DNA of 64,000 nucleotides from Deltaproteobacteria bacterium (GTDB lineage: Bacteria; Myxococcota_A; Polyangia; Fen-1088), in the NCBI GenBank assembly GCA_033763315.1, contig JANRKS010000032.1, positions 480,001 through 544,000 of the forward strand. The letters run 5' to 3'. This document shows positions 1-9,966 of this stretch, piece by piece. Numbering within the stretch: position 1 is the first letter of the stretch; every line of letters begins with the position of its first letter. The position numbers were made by a program, and so were the translations under genes. Under the pieces are notes generated by a model. That model made no database searches. It had not been told where the DNA came from and was given only the letters and a program-made list of their open reading frames with translations.

Positions 1-465
1 CGGCACATTCTTCTTTCCGCGACCTCTGCGGTGACCTCTTTCGTTTTTGCGATGGGCGGGCGTCGTGCGCGCGCGGCTGACATCGATTTGGATGTCATTA
101 GCCACAAGGCAACCTCATTCGCGAAGCTATCGCGCCAGGAAGTGGCCGCGATCTTTACGCGCGCGATTCGCACGTGGCGCGGGGGTGAAATGTTGCGGCC
201 GTTCAATTTTCGCCCCGGCAGCGCCGAACGGTTGACGTTTGATCACGTGGTGCTTGATATGGATCCGGATCAGAGCGCCCAGTTTTGGATCGACAAACTG
301 GTTCGAGGCGAAGGCGAGCCGCCCCGCAAGGTCGGTGACGCGCGCACCATGCTCAAAGTGGTGGCGTCATTGCCTGGGGGCATCGGTTATGTGCCCGCAG
401 GCGTCGCCGATGGCACTGTGCGAGTGGTTGCGCGCATCCGCAAAGGCAAGGTGGAGTCGCCATGA
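1..465 (+). CDS. Periplasmic binding-protein-like (phosphate ABC SBP-like) protein, 5' truncated by the window edge
   Basis: Frame is open from base 1 (RHILLSATSAVTSFVFAMGGRRARA, signal-like); C-terminal VASLPGGIGYV motif typical of this small family; overlaps the porin gene by ATGA. Confidence 0.6.
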   Translation, partial: RHILLSATSAVTSFVFAMGGRRARAADIDLDVISHKATSFAKLSRQEVAAIFTRAIRTWRGGEMLRPFNFRPGSAERLTFDHVVLDMDPDQSAQFWIDKLVRGEGEPPRKVGDARTMLKVVASLPGGIGYVPAGVADGTVRVVARIRKGKVESP

Positions 466-1769
466 GAACACGCCCGCCATTCATCGTGTTCGCTGCTTTG
501 TTTGCGGCGCGTGTGGCTCACGCGCAGGATCTCGTGCCCGCTGCCGAGGCTGCGGCCACCACCGACGAAGCTGACAAGATCCTACGCGAAGTTGAGGCCG
601 AAGCAGACACCACGGCTGCCGACGCGGCCGTTGATTCCAAACTCTTGGTTTACGGGTTTTTAGATGCCGGCGCCCAACGGTATTTCCGAGCCGACCCGCA
701 AACGCAGGGGCTGCTTGCCACCCAGTCGTCGACGTTTGTCTCGGGCAACACCAACCTTTATTTCGACGCGCGGCCGGTGCGCGGCTGGCGGGGCTTGATA
801 GAAACGCGCCTGTCGCTGCTGCCCCAGGGCGATTACGATATTAGCCGCCTGGGCGCCGTGCCTCGCACCGATACCCGCAAGGTGGATGCCACGAGCCCAT
901 CGGGACGCAATAACGTTCAATTGGGCAGCGTGATCGTTGAACGCTCGCAGATCGAATACACGCACAACGACGCCGTGAATCTTCGCGTGGGGTATTTCTT
1001 CACGCCTTGGGGCATTTGGAACGTCGATCATGGCACACCCACGCTGATCTCCCTGATGATGCCGTCGTTCTTGGTGCAAGAGGCGGTGCCCCAGCGACAA
1101 ACAGGCGTGGAGTTCTACGGATCTTGGAACGGGCCGCCGTGGCAGATCGGTTATCACCTATACATATCGAACGGGCGCACGCGTACGTTGTTTGATCTCA
1201 GCGACGACAAGGCCGTGGGGGGCCGGTTGTTGGTGAGCCGGCAAGGCCGCGTTCGTTTCGCGTTGGGCTTTTCAGGTCTTTATGGGACCAGCAGCGACGA
1301 ATCCAAATCGATCACTCTCGATCCCGATGGCTACCCGGTGATCAACGCCAAGAAGCTTTACTCCTTTACGGAAAAGACGGTGGGCGCGGATCTGTCGCTT
1401 GACGCTGGCGGCTTCCGGTTGCGTGCCGAAGTTGTGCATCGACAGCAAATTTACGACAAAGGGTTTCACGAGCCGTCGACTCTGCGGCCGGGCGGCGTGC
1501 TGCCGAATTTCGCGGGGAACTTTGCCTATATCATCGGCGCTTACCGCTTCGCGCGGCACTATGAGCCCTACGTTTATGCGGAATGGGGCGACGGTGGATT
1601 GCGCAACAACATCATTGATTCTGGGTCTGTGTTCTCGGTAGGTCTGAACATCTATTTCACGCCATACACCCAGCTCAAAACGCAGTATGTTGAAAGCGTG
1701 TTCTCGAACTTCAGTGGTAACAATCATCATCTGGGGTTCTGGAGCGCTCGTTTGGTGTTGGCGTTTTGA
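462..1769 (+). CDS. Outer-membrane beta-barrel / porin-like protein
   Basis: Signal peptide, amphipathic beta strands, G.FFTPWGIWN motif, terminal Phe (LVLAF). Confidence 0.7.
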   Translation: MRTRPPFIVFAALFAARVAHAQDLVPAAEAAATTDEADKILREVEAEADTTAADAAVDSKLLVYGFLDAGAQRYFRADPQTQGLLATQSSTFVSGNTNLYFDARPVRGWRGLIETRLSLLPQGDYDISRLGAVPRTDTRKVDATSPSGRNNVQLGSVIVERSQIEYTHNDAVNLRVGYFFTPWGIWNVDHGTPTLISLMMPSFLVQEAVPQRQTGVEFYGSWNGPPWQIGYHLYISNGRTRTLFDLSDDKAVGGRLLVSRQGRVRFALGFSGLYGTSSDESKSITLDPDGYPVINAKKLYSFTEKTVGADLSLDAGGFRLRAEVVHRQQIYDKGFHEPSTLRPGGVLPNFAGNFAYIIGAYRFARHYEPYVYAEWGDGGLRNNIIDSGSVFSVGLNIYFTPYTQLKTQYVESVFSNFSGNNHHLGFWSARLVLAF

Positions 1770-2140
1770 ACATGAGGCGCGCGACGATGAAAGCGATGGT
1801 TGTGATCGGTGTGCTGTTGTCGTTTGCGGCCTGCAAGCCCGAACCTTGCGATCCCGGATACGAGCTGCGCGACGGGGTGTGTTGGTTGCCTGTGCCTGTG
1901 GGTGACGCCGGCACCGACACAGCAGCCGCGGGCCCTACGTTTGGCTCCTCCTGCTCTGACGGTGTGGGGCACAGCGATTGTGCCAGCCCAGCCAACGTGT
2001 GCTTGATCCAGCCAGGTCAGCCCACCGGGTTTTGCAGCGCCGTGGGGTGCGATCAAAACCCCAGCCTGTGCCCGGCCGGGTGGGCGTGTTTTGACCTGTC
2101 CCAGATCCAGCCAGGAGCGCCCTGGGGCTGTGTGCATTAG
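1766..2140 (+). CDS. Cys-rich lipoprotein, hypothetical
   Basis: Lipobox FAAC and many Cys; true start may be ATG 1772 or 1787. Confidence 0.65.
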   Translation: MNMRRATMKAMVVIGVLLSFAACKPEPCDPGYELRDGVCWLPVPVGDAGTDTAAAGPTFGSSCSDGVGHSDCASPANVCLIQPGQPTGFCSAVGCDQNPSLCPAGWACFDLSQIQPGAPWGCVH

Positions 2141-2284
2141 CCGCTCGTTCGGAGCACTTTCTGTTGATCTTTCCGTGCCAGCCGCTAAGTTGGTGGCCCT
2201 CGACCGCGATTGCCTCCGAAAGCGCGACCCGAAGTTGGGTCACAAACCTCGAAAGCATCGTAAGTCGCTGAAAAAACAGTGTTT

Positions 2285-2359
<75 letters not shown>

Positions 2360-2587
2360 AATAACTGTTGATTAGAGGGGACGCGCGGGCCCAAAACGGC
2401 CTGCCTCCCTCGACGCTCCACGCTCGGCGCGGCCTGCATCGTTACATCACCGTGGCCTTGCGTGGGGCTTTTGTGACGCCGAGTTCCCCGAAAATCTTCA
2501 GGAATTTCAGTGTTTTATCGGGTACCACCGTTATCCAAAGCCTGTCATTCTTTACGGGTTGGCTTTGCGATTTAAATTGGTGTTCGA

Positions 2588-2977
2588 ATGACGAGCGGTT
2601 CACATGGCTGGCCAGTGCTGGTGGTCGAAGACGACCACGAGATACGTGAGAGCTTGCTGGACATTCTTTTTGACCAGGGCATTGGGGCGGTGGGCGCTGT
2701 GAACGGCCGGGATGGCTTGACAAAGTTGGCGGCCGCCGGTGGTGAGATATCGCTTGTTCTATTGGACATGATGATGCCTGTGCTGGATGGCGACGGCTTC
2801 CGCGAAGAGCAGTTGCGTGAGCCTCGGTTCGCCGACGTGCCCGTGGTGGTGATGTCGGCTTACCGCGATGTGGCCAGCATGGCCGGGCGGTTGGGGGTGG
2901 CCGGTTACATGCGCAAACCGTTCAATGTGGCGGAAGTCTTAAACGTGGTGAACCTGCACCGGCGTCAGGTCCCTTAG
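2588..2977 (+). CDS. Single-domain response regulator (REC)
   Basis: VLVVEDD...LLDMMMP...MSA...KPF. Confidence 0.9.
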   Translation: MTSGSHGWPVLVVEDDHEIRESLLDILFDQGIGAVGAVNGRDGLTKLAAAGGEISLVLLDMMMPVLDGDGFREEQLREPRFADVPVVVMSAYRDVASMAGRLGVAGYMRKPFNVAEVLNVVNLHRRQVP

Positions 2978-3270
2978 AGGCTCGCCAGCAGCGTGTGCAG
3001 GGCCGCCAACGTGGCGCCCTTGATGTGAACGGTCTTCTTGCGGCCGGTGAGCCCACGGACGATCGTCACGTGACGTTTGGGCACGCCGAACAGATCCGCC
3101 AACGTCTGCACCAGCTCTTGGTTGGCGGCGCCGTCCACGGGAGGCGCCGCCAAGGCCACTTTCACGCGCTCGCCCAGCACGCCCACGATTGCACTGCGTG
3201 AGGCGCGCGGCTGCACCTGGACGTCCAAGTGCAGCTCGCCCTCATGCTCGCGCGCCGTCAGGGGTGACAC
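2974..3270 (-). CDS. DUF167/YggU family protein
   Basis: VQVQPRASR...APPVDGAAN...G.TGRKK. Confidence 0.9.
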   Translation of the reverse strand: MSPLTAREHEGELHLDVQVQPRASRSAIVGVLGERVKVALAAPPVDGAANQELVQTLADLFGVPKRHVTIVRGLTGRKKTVHIKGATLAALHTLLASL

Positions 3271-3271
3271 G

Positions 3272-5815
3272 CTAGGCGACCACGATGTTCACGATCTTGC
3301 CCGGAACGACCACGACCTTGCGCACCTCTTTACCCTCAATGTGCTTTTGCACATTTGGTTGCTGCAGTGCCAAGCGTTCGGCTTCTTCTTTCGCGATGGT
3401 GCGTGGCACATCGATGCTGCCACGCATTTTCCCGTTGACTTGGATCGCCATCGTCACCACATCGTCGATGGTCAAAGCGTCGTCGAACGTTGGCCACGGC
3501 TGTTCGATGAGGAACCCCTTTTCGCCCAACGCTTGCCACGCTTCGTCACCCACGTGAGGCGCGTATGGCCCCACAAGTTTTACCAGCGTGATTAGATCTT
3601 CGCGTGTCGCGCCTTTGCCGGTCAACCCATTGACGTATTCCATCATCGCGGCCACGGCCGTGTTGAATTGCATGCGATCGAGATCCGCCGTCACACGTTT
3701 GATCGTTTTGTGTCGCAAACGCAGATGCGGATCGTCTTGCGGCGCTGTCTCGGGCTTCCATTCTTCCACCAACCGCCACAAGCGACGCAAAAAGCGGCTA
3801 CAGCCCTCGATGGCGCGCGCGTCCCACGGTTTGGGCAGCTCGAACTCGCCCATGAACATCTCGTAAAGGCGCAGAACATCAGCGCCGTATTCGTTGACAA
3901 CGTCGTCTGGATTCACGCCATTGAGACGGCTCTTCGCCATCTTCTCAACCGTGACCTTCACCGCTTCGCCCGTGCTTTTTAGGAAGGCGCCTTCTGGCCG
4001 CAGATCAATGTTTTCGATCGGGTGGTAATGCTCGCCTTGATCTTGGTACGTGAACGCCAAGACGGTGCCTTGGTGGCGCAGCTTTTTGAATGGTTCGAGC
4101 GACGACACCTTGCCCAAATCGTAAAGCACCTTATGCCAAAAACGCGCGTAAAGCAGGTGCAAAACGGCATGTTCAGCGCCTCCCACGTAGAGATCCACGG
4201 GGCCCCAATACTTTTCTTTCTCCGAAGAAAAGATCTCATGGCTGTTCTGCGCGTCGATGTAGCGCAAGTAATACCAGCACGAACCCGCCCATTGCGGCAT
4301 CGTGTTGGTTTCGCGGGCAAACCACTGGCCGTCCTTTTGGAAGAAGCGCCAATCCACCGCTTTGACCAAAGCGCCTTGTGGATCGCCGGGGCGGTAATCA
4401 TCGATCTCAGGCAAACGCAGCGGCAGCTCGGCTTCGTCGACGGCGATCGGTTGGCTGTAATCGATCTCGAAGGCCGCCCCTTGGCGCGGATCACCATCGG
4501 TTTTCACGGGGAAGTAGATCGGAATGGGCTCGCCCCAGTAGCGTTGGCGCGAAAACACCCAATCGCGCAAGCGATACGTGACGGCGCCTTTGCCTTGCCC
4601 TTGCGCTTCGAGGCGTTTGATCATTTCACGCTTCGCCTCCGGGGTGGGCAGGCCGTCGAGCGGCCCAGAATGAACGGCCACGCCTTCGGCTGTGTAAGCC
4701 ACTGACAAGTCAATCGCTTGCCCGTCCGCAGGCGCAACCACTTGCTTGATCGGCAACCCGTACTTTGTGGCAAAGGCGTGATCGCGTTCGTCGTGCGCGG
4801 GCACCGCCATGATGGCGCCGGTGCCATAGCCGGCCAAAACATAATCAGCGATCCAGATGGGAATGCGCTCGCCATTGACCGGATTGATGGCGAACCCACC
4901 GGTGAAGGCGCCCGTCTTGACCTTGGTGAGTTCGGTGCGTTCAAGATCGCTTTTGCTGCGGGCGGCGTCTTGGTAGGCCTGCACTTGCGTGGCTTGTTCG
5001 GGCGTGGTGAGGCGAGCCACCAACGCGTGTTCAGGGGCCAACACCATGTATGTGGCACCGGCCAACGTATCGGGCCGCGTGGTGAACACACGCAATGCTT
5101 CATCAAGGCCATCCACCTTGAACACAACTTCGGCGCCTTCGGAACGGCCGATCCAATTGCGCTGCATGGCGAGCGTTGAGTCGGGCCAATCCACGTGCTC
5201 AAGATCAGACAACAAGCGATCGGCGTAGGCGGTGATCTTCAACATCCACTGGCGCAAGGGCTGGCGCACCACGGGGTGGCCGCCCACTTCGCTTTTGCCG
5301 CCGATGACTTCCTCGTTGGCCAACACTGTGCCCAAGGCAGGGCACCAGTTGACAGCGATCTCAGATTGATAGGCCAAGCCCATCTTGAACAGCTGCAAGA
5401 AGATCCACTGCGTCCACTTGAAGTAGGCTGGATCGGTGGTGTTGACCTCGCGATCCCAATCATACGCGAAGCCGACTGAATCGATCTGACGGCGAAAGTT
5501 CGCAATGGCCGTGTACGTGGTCTCGCGCGGGTGAATGCCCGTTTTGATCGCATAGTTCTCAGCCGGCAGGCCGAACGCGTCCCAACCCATGGGGTGCAGA
5601 ACATTGAAGCCCTGCATCCGCTTCCATCGTGTGATGATGTCTGTGGCGGTATAGCCCTCGCAATGCCCCACGTGCAGCCCGGCCCCCGAGGGGTAGGGGA
5701 ACATATCGAGTGCGTAGAACTTCGGGCGCGTGGGGTCGAAGGGCGTTTTGTGCAAGCCGGCTTCGGTCCAGCGGGCCTGCCATTTGGGTTCAATCGAGCG
5801 GTGGTCGTAGGGCAT
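3272..5815 (-). CDS. leuS: Leucine--tRNA ligase
   Basis: MFPYPSGAGLHVGH, editing-domain TTRPDT and GTGAIMAVPAHD, KMSKS-like KMAKS. Confidence 0.98.
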   Translation of the reverse strand: MPYDHRSIEPKWQARWTEAGLHKTPFDPTRPKFYALDMFPYPSGAGLHVGHCEGYTATDIITRWKRMQGFNVLHPMGWDAFGLPAENYAIKTGIHPRETTYTAIANFRRQIDSVGFAYDWDREVNTTDPAYFKWTQWIFLQLFKMGLAYQSEIAVNWCPALGTVLANEEVIGGKSEVGGHPVVRQPLRQWMLKITAYADRLLSDLEHVDWPDSTLAMQRNWIGRSEGAEVVFKVDGLDEALRVFTTRPDTLAGATYMVLAPEHALVARLTTPEQATQVQAYQDAARSKSDLERTELTKVKTGAFTGGFAINPVNGERIPIWIADYVLAGYGTGAIMAVPAHDERDHAFATKYGLPIKQVVAPADGQAIDLSVAYTAEGVAVHSGPLDGLPTPEAKREMIKRLEAQGQGKGAVTYRLRDWVFSRQRYWGEPIPIYFPVKTDGDPRQGAAFEIDYSQPIAVDEAELPLRLPEIDDYRPGDPQGALVKAVDWRFFQKDGQWFARETNTMPQWAGSCWYYLRYIDAQNSHEIFSSEKEKYWGPVDLYVGGAEHAVLHLLYARFWHKVLYDLGKVSSLEPFKKLRHQGTVLAFTYQDQGEHYHPIENIDLRPEGAFLKSTGEAVKVTVEKMAKSRLNGVNPDDVVNEYGADVLRLYEMFMGEFELPKPWDARAIEGCSRFLRRLWRLVEEWKPETAPQDDPHLRLRHKTIKRVTADLDRMQFNTAVAAMMEYVNGLTGKGATREDLITLVKLVGPYAPHVGDEAWQALGEKGFLIEQPWPTFDDALTIDDVVTMAIQVNGKMRGSIDVPRTIAKEEAERLALQQPNVQKHIEGKEVRKVVVVPGKIVNIVVA

Positions 5816-5881
5816 GGAAGGGCGGCATTTTACACGACCACACGCAGGCCGGGTTACGGATTCGCCGTCCCGGGCGCCAGC

Positions 5882-7120
5882 TTAGGATTCGAGGTAATTC
5901 AGGTCTTTTCCATACGTTTCGTGCAGCATCAGCAGGGCCCCCAACGCCAGCGCCAACGTCAAGGCGCCCACGGTGGCCGCGCTGCCCACGATGCCCAAAG
6001 GTTTCTCCAGGCTGCGGAACAGCCACGTCAAAAGGGGCACCGAGCCGCGAACGAAATTAGGCGCGGTGGTTGTGACGGTGGCACGGATGTTGGTGCCAAA
6101 CTGCTCGGCGGCGATGGTCATGAACACCGCCCAATAGCCCGTGGCCACGCCCAGCAGCGCGCAGCAAGCGTAAAAGGCGCCAAGCGACGTGTGGCCCACA
6201 GTGAAGTAGACAACGATGCTCACGGCTGTGAACACGATGAAGGCCGCCACAATCTTCTTGCGGGTCTTGAGCCACTGGCTCAAAAGGCCGCTGCCCAGAT
6301 CGCCGACCACCAAACCAGAATAAGCGAAAAGAATCGCTCGGCCCGCGCTGGGTGCCACCGGCATGCCGAGGGCCGAGCCCAACTCGGGTGACAGCACCAC
6401 CAACAGCGCGATCACGTACCAGATGGGCACGCCGATCAGGATGACCGCGAGGTACCGGCGCAGTTTCTTGCCGTCGCGGAACAGCATGAAGAATTCGCCG
6501 CGGCCGGTGTGGCTGGCTTTCGCGGCCTCAAACATGCCTGACTCCAGCACCCCCACACGCAGCAGCAGCAGAGCCAAGCCAAGGCCACCCCCGATGAAAT
6601 ACGCCACGCGCCAACTCCACAGCTCTCCCACCAGCGAAGCCACGATTGCACCCAAGATTCCCACCGAGGCCACGATGGCGGTGCCATAGCCGCGCGATTC
6701 CTTCTTCATAAGCTCGGCCACCAAAGTGATGCCAGCGCCCAATTCGCCCGCCAGGCCCAGCCCCGCAATGAAGCGGGCCACCGCGTATTGCGGGACCGTG
6801 GTCACAAAACCATTGGCGATGTTGGCCAGCGAATAGCAAATGATGGAGCCGAACAGGACCGAGAGCCGGCCCCGCTTGTCGCCGATGACGCCTGCGACGA
6901 TGCCGCCCACGAGCATCCCGTACATTTGCACGTCCAAAAGGAACAGGCCTGTCGTTTTGAGCGCGGCACCTGTGATGCCCAGGTCAGCCAAGCTCTTCAC
7001 GCGGATGATGCCAAACAACAATAGATCGTAGATGTCGACGAAATATCCGAGGGCGGCCACGAGTACGGCCATGGTTACAGCGGAACTCGCGCGCGTGGTG
7101 GGAGAAGGGGAGGACAACAT
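5882..7120 (-). CDS. MFS transporter
   Basis: About 12 TM segments, motif A-like GVIGDKRGR, GLAGELG. Confidence 0.92.
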   Translation of the reverse strand: MLSSPSPTTRASSAVTMAVLVAALGYFVDIYDLLLFGIIRVKSLADLGITGAALKTTGLFLLDVQMYGMLVGGIVAGVIGDKRGRLSVLFGSIICYSLANIANGFVTTVPQYAVARFIAGLGLAGELGAGITLVAELMKKESRGYGTAIVASVGILGAIVASLVGELWSWRVAYFIGGGLGLALLLLRVGVLESGMFEAAKASHTGRGEFFMLFRDGKKLRRYLAVILIGVPIWYVIALLVVLSPELGSALGMPVAPSAGRAILFAYSGLVVGDLGSGLLSQWLKTRKKIVAAFIVFTAVSIVVYFTVGHTSLGAFYACCALLGVATGYWAVFMTIAAEQFGTNIRATVTTTAPNFVRGSVPLLTWLFRSLEKPLGIVGSAATVGALTLALALGALLMLHETYGKDLNYLES

Positions 7121-7260
7121 GGGCGCGCATCATAGGTCACAGGCGCCCAGGCGGGGAGGTTTCGTTGCGCGAAAGTAGCGGCACTTTAGGTGTTGGACCG
7201 CTGCTGTTACGGAGCTTAGCGAAAGCGGTTCAAAGATGACGATGGCCGGCAATCTAGGCG

Positions 7261-7276
7261 TGGCCTGCTCTATGCA
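7261..7276 (+). promoter_or_regulatory. sigma54-like promoter TGGCCTGCTCTATGCA
   Basis: GG-N10-GC spacing, upstream of the 7313 gene and csbD. Confidence 0.5.
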
Positions 7277-7312
7277 TAAGTCACGAGGTGAACCCAATAA
7301 AGCAGGTGCAGG

Positions 7313-7831
7313 ATGGACCTTTTTACGGAATCAGCTCGTGGTGGCAACAACATAACAGGCTTGCGTAACTTCGCGTGCGTGGGTTTGTGCGTGGCCGCCT
7401 TAGGCGCTTGTGGCACAAGTGGAGCCGAACATAAACGCAGCGAATATGGGGCCACGATGTCATCCACCTGCCCGGCACCCATCAAGCGCAGCGTGGTGCG
7501 CGTTGTGTACGGACCACGGCAAGCCACGGCTGTGTGGATGTTGCCCGCAGGCATGCTTGGTTCAAAGTCGCCTCACGATCTTGCGGTGCTGCAACAACAC
7601 GTTGCTGACCTTGCGGAGCGCATGACGGCGGAGTCGGTCGGAACTGCCGATCGCATCGTTCGCTACGAACCCAGCGAATCCGGTGCCGCGATCACTGTTG
7701 AGGATTCGAACGTGGATCGTCTGGATACCACACGCGAAGAATTTGATCGTTACGCAGCTTTATCGAACCAAGGCGAATGCGCTACCACGGCCCTGCTCAA
7801 CGTTGCGGCCTCTGTAGCCTCCGCTGATTAA
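7313..7831 (+). CDS. Hypothetical lipoprotein
   Basis: Lipobox LGAC after a hydrophobic stretch; start uncertain. Confidence 0.55.
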   Translation: MDLFTESARGGNNITGLRNFACVGLCVAALGACGTSGAEHKRSEYGATMSSTCPAPIKRSVVRVVYGPRQATAVWMLPAGMLGSKSPHDLAVLQQHVADLAERMTAESVGTADRIVRYEPSESGAAITVEDSNVDRLDTTREEFDRYAALSNQGECATTALLNVAASVASAD

Positions 7832-7873
7832 CAACCCACGGCCCATAAGCGGCCCCACAGAAAGGTAAACGTC

Positions 7874-8071
7874 ATGAATTGGGACCATGTAGAAGGCAAA
7901 TGGAACGAGTTCAAAGGCCAATTGCGCTCCAAGTGGGCGAAGCTGACCGATGACGATTGGAACCAGATCGGTGGCAAGAAGGACCAACTTTTGGGTCGCT
8001 TGCAACAGCGCTATGGGTATCAGCGTGACGAAGCTGAACGCGAAGTTGATTCATTCATAAAGTCCATCTGA
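7874..8071 (+). CDS. CsbD/YjbJ family general stress protein
   Basis: MNWDHVEGKWNEFKGQLRSKWAKLTDDD...LQQRYG; RBS AAAGG. Confidence 0.95.
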   Translation: MNWDHVEGKWNEFKGQLRSKWAKLTDDDWNQIGGKKDQLLGRLQQRYGYQRDEAEREVDSFIKSI

Positions 8072-8092
8072 ACAATCAATAACTCAACATTT

Positions 8093-8127
8093 AAACGCCG
8101 GAGGGGATCATGCCTCTTCGGCGTTTT
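8093..8127 (+). terminator. Intrinsic terminator after csbD-like gene
   Basis: AAACGCCGGAGG...CCTCTTCGGCGTTTT hairpin followed by a T tract. Confidence 0.7.
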
Positions 8128-8274
8128 CCATTTTCTATTTCTCTCCCGGCATAGTCGCTCCTTTTCGTAGTGATCAAGGAACGCTTGCGCGGGCATGTTT
8201 CCAATATGTCCCGATCACGCGCCTCATACCCGAACAAACCCCAGATTTGTAACGATATCGCTGCGAGTTTCCTT

Positions 8275-8290
8275 CGGCACACTGCTTGCT
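8275..8290 (+). promoter_or_regulatory. sigma54-like promoter CGGCACACTGCTTGCT
   Basis: Near-consensus GGCAC-N5-TTGC. Confidence 0.7.
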
Positions 8291-8364
8291 GAGGGGGAAG
8301 ACAACAAAACGAGGAGCACAAGGGGTGTTCCGCAATATCGAAAGATAGGGACAGGAGATAAATT

Positions 8365-9084
8365 ATGAAGACCGCAATTTCGACTTTGGGTATGGGCGTT
8401 GTGATGTCGATTCTGGGTTTGCAAACCACGGCACAAGCACAGGTCGTTGTGCCCGATCCAGATCCAAACGGCACTCAGGTGGGAGCGGGTGCACCTTCTG
8501 AGGCATTGCCTCCTCCTCGGTCAGACAACGATGCACAGCCACCGGTGGCTGCACCTATGGCACCTGGCGTGGGTGTAACCAAGCAAGCTGGTGTTGGTGG
8601 GACGCAAGCGTACGGTCGTGCAGGCGTGCTGGAGTTGGGTGGCTCGGGTGGCTTCTCTATCTCTGATCGTTACAACCGCTTCGAATTGGCTCCTTCGGTT
8701 GGTTTGTTCATTGCTGACAACCTGGAGATCTCCGTGATTGGCGCTTACAGCCGGGTTCACGTGGACGGCCAAGGCACCTCGCCCGGTGCCACGGCCTCTG
8801 AGTTCAAGCTCCTTTTGGAGCCAAGCTACCACTTGCCATTCTCTGAGGTGCTCTTCGGGTTTTTCGGCTTGGGCGCGGGTGTGAAATACCTCTCGGGTCA
8901 AGACACTGGTTTCGCCTTGGCTCCTCGCTTGGGCTTAAACATCCTGATCGGTCGCTCAGGCATCCTCTCGCCTTCACTGAACGTCGATTACTCGACTGTT
9001 GACGTGATCAACACGCCAAGCGGAACTGTGGTGGGTGTTCAGACCTCATACGGGATGAACATTGGCTACACCGTGATGTGGTAA
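8365..9084 (+). CDS. Small outer-membrane beta-barrel protein
   Basis: Signal peptide, Pro-rich linker, amphipathic strands, terminal aromatic (YTVMW); RBS AGGAG. Confidence 0.75.
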   Translation: MKTAISTLGMGVVMSILGLQTTAQAQVVVPDPDPNGTQVGAGAPSEALPPPRSDNDAQPPVAAPMAPGVGVTKQAGVGGTQAYGRAGVLELGGSGGFSISDRYNRFELAPSVGLFIADNLEISVIGAYSRVHVDGQGTSPGATASEFKLLLEPSYHLPFSEVLFGFFGLGAGVKYLSGQDTGFALAPRLGLNILIGRSGILSPSLNVDYSTVDVINTPSGTVVGVQTSYGMNIGYTVMW

Positions 9085-9106
9085 CGCGAATCGAAGGGCT
9101 TAAACG

Positions 9107-9748
9107 ATGCGCTTACTTTTAATTTCGACTGTTCTGTGTGTGGGGTTCGGTTTAGGAGCATGCAAACGGCCAGCGGACAAAGATGTTGTTGAGCCAGGCA
9201 TGCAAGGACAACAGAACAGTATGGGCGGCATGGTGGGTGTTGTGGCAGGTGCGGCGGGTATGGGTGGGGCTGCGGCAGCAGCGGCAGGTGGCGAACCTCT
9301 GCATGCCGATGAGGTTCCGCAAGCCGGATCGAATGCGGCTGCCGTTCAAGGGGCGGGTGGGGCTGCGGTGGCAGCCTCAGCAGATGACGCAACACCAATG
9401 ACAGCAGAGGAAAGTGCGACTTACCACAAGCTGTGCCACTTCGTTCTCAAACGGATGGCGGCGTGTGCAAAGGATCCCGGCTTTCTCAAATACCAGGGCC
9501 GCTGGACAAGCAAGGGCGCACCAAAAGCGGGTGGTCCCAGTTTCGAGAAACGAATTATTTCTTGGGGCGCTGAGGGCGAGCGCGCCAACAGCTGTAAGAG
9601 TTGGTCGACACGTCCGGGCACGCGCGCTCACTTCGTAACGAAGGGCAAGCTTTCAAGCTTGAATGAAGACTCGAAGCTGTCGTGCGAAATGTTCGGGCAA
9701 GAGTTAGACGACGACGGTTGGTTCCCGGCGACGTTGAGCGACACATAG
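9107..9748 (+). CDS. Hypothetical lipoprotein
   Basis: Lipobox LGAC, Ala/Gly linker, C-terminal domain with 4 Cys. Confidence 0.65.
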   Translation: MRLLLISTVLCVGFGLGACKRPADKDVVEPGMQGQQNSMGGMVGVVAGAAGMGGAAAAAAGGEPLHADEVPQAGSNAAAVQGAGGAAVAASADDATPMTAEESATYHKLCHFVLKRMAACAKDPGFLKYQGRWTSKGAPKAGGPSFEKRIISWGAEGERANSCKSWSTRPGTRAHFVTKGKLSSLNEDSKLSCEMFGQELDDDGWFPATLSDT

Positions 9749-9798
9749 CCCATTCACTAAACTAACCACAGCTTAGACGTCTGCCTTCGGCATAGACG

Positions 9799-9835
9799 CG
9801 CAGAGAGGACGCCTCACAACGGCGTCCTCTCTGCG
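9799..9835. terminator. Perfect 15-bp hairpin, probable terminator
   Basis: CGCAGAGAGGACGCC-tcacaac-GGCGTCCTCTCTGCG; no strong U tract. Confidence 0.55.
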
Positions 9836-9925
9836 TATCGGACTCGTTGTTTCGACGATGTGGCGCTTGTGTGGAAACGGTGTCGAACAAAGCCCGTGAC
9901 ACGACGTGGAGTGGGAGAGTTCATG

Positions 9926-9941
9926 TGGCATGGGAGTTGCT
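9926..9941 (+). promoter_or_regulatory. sigma54-like promoter TGGCATGGGAGTTGCT
   Basis: Near-consensus; ends 26 nt before ATG 9967, which has a GGAGGA RBS. Confidence 0.75.
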
Positions 9942-9966
9942 GGAAATGTCAGGCGGAGGAAACACG

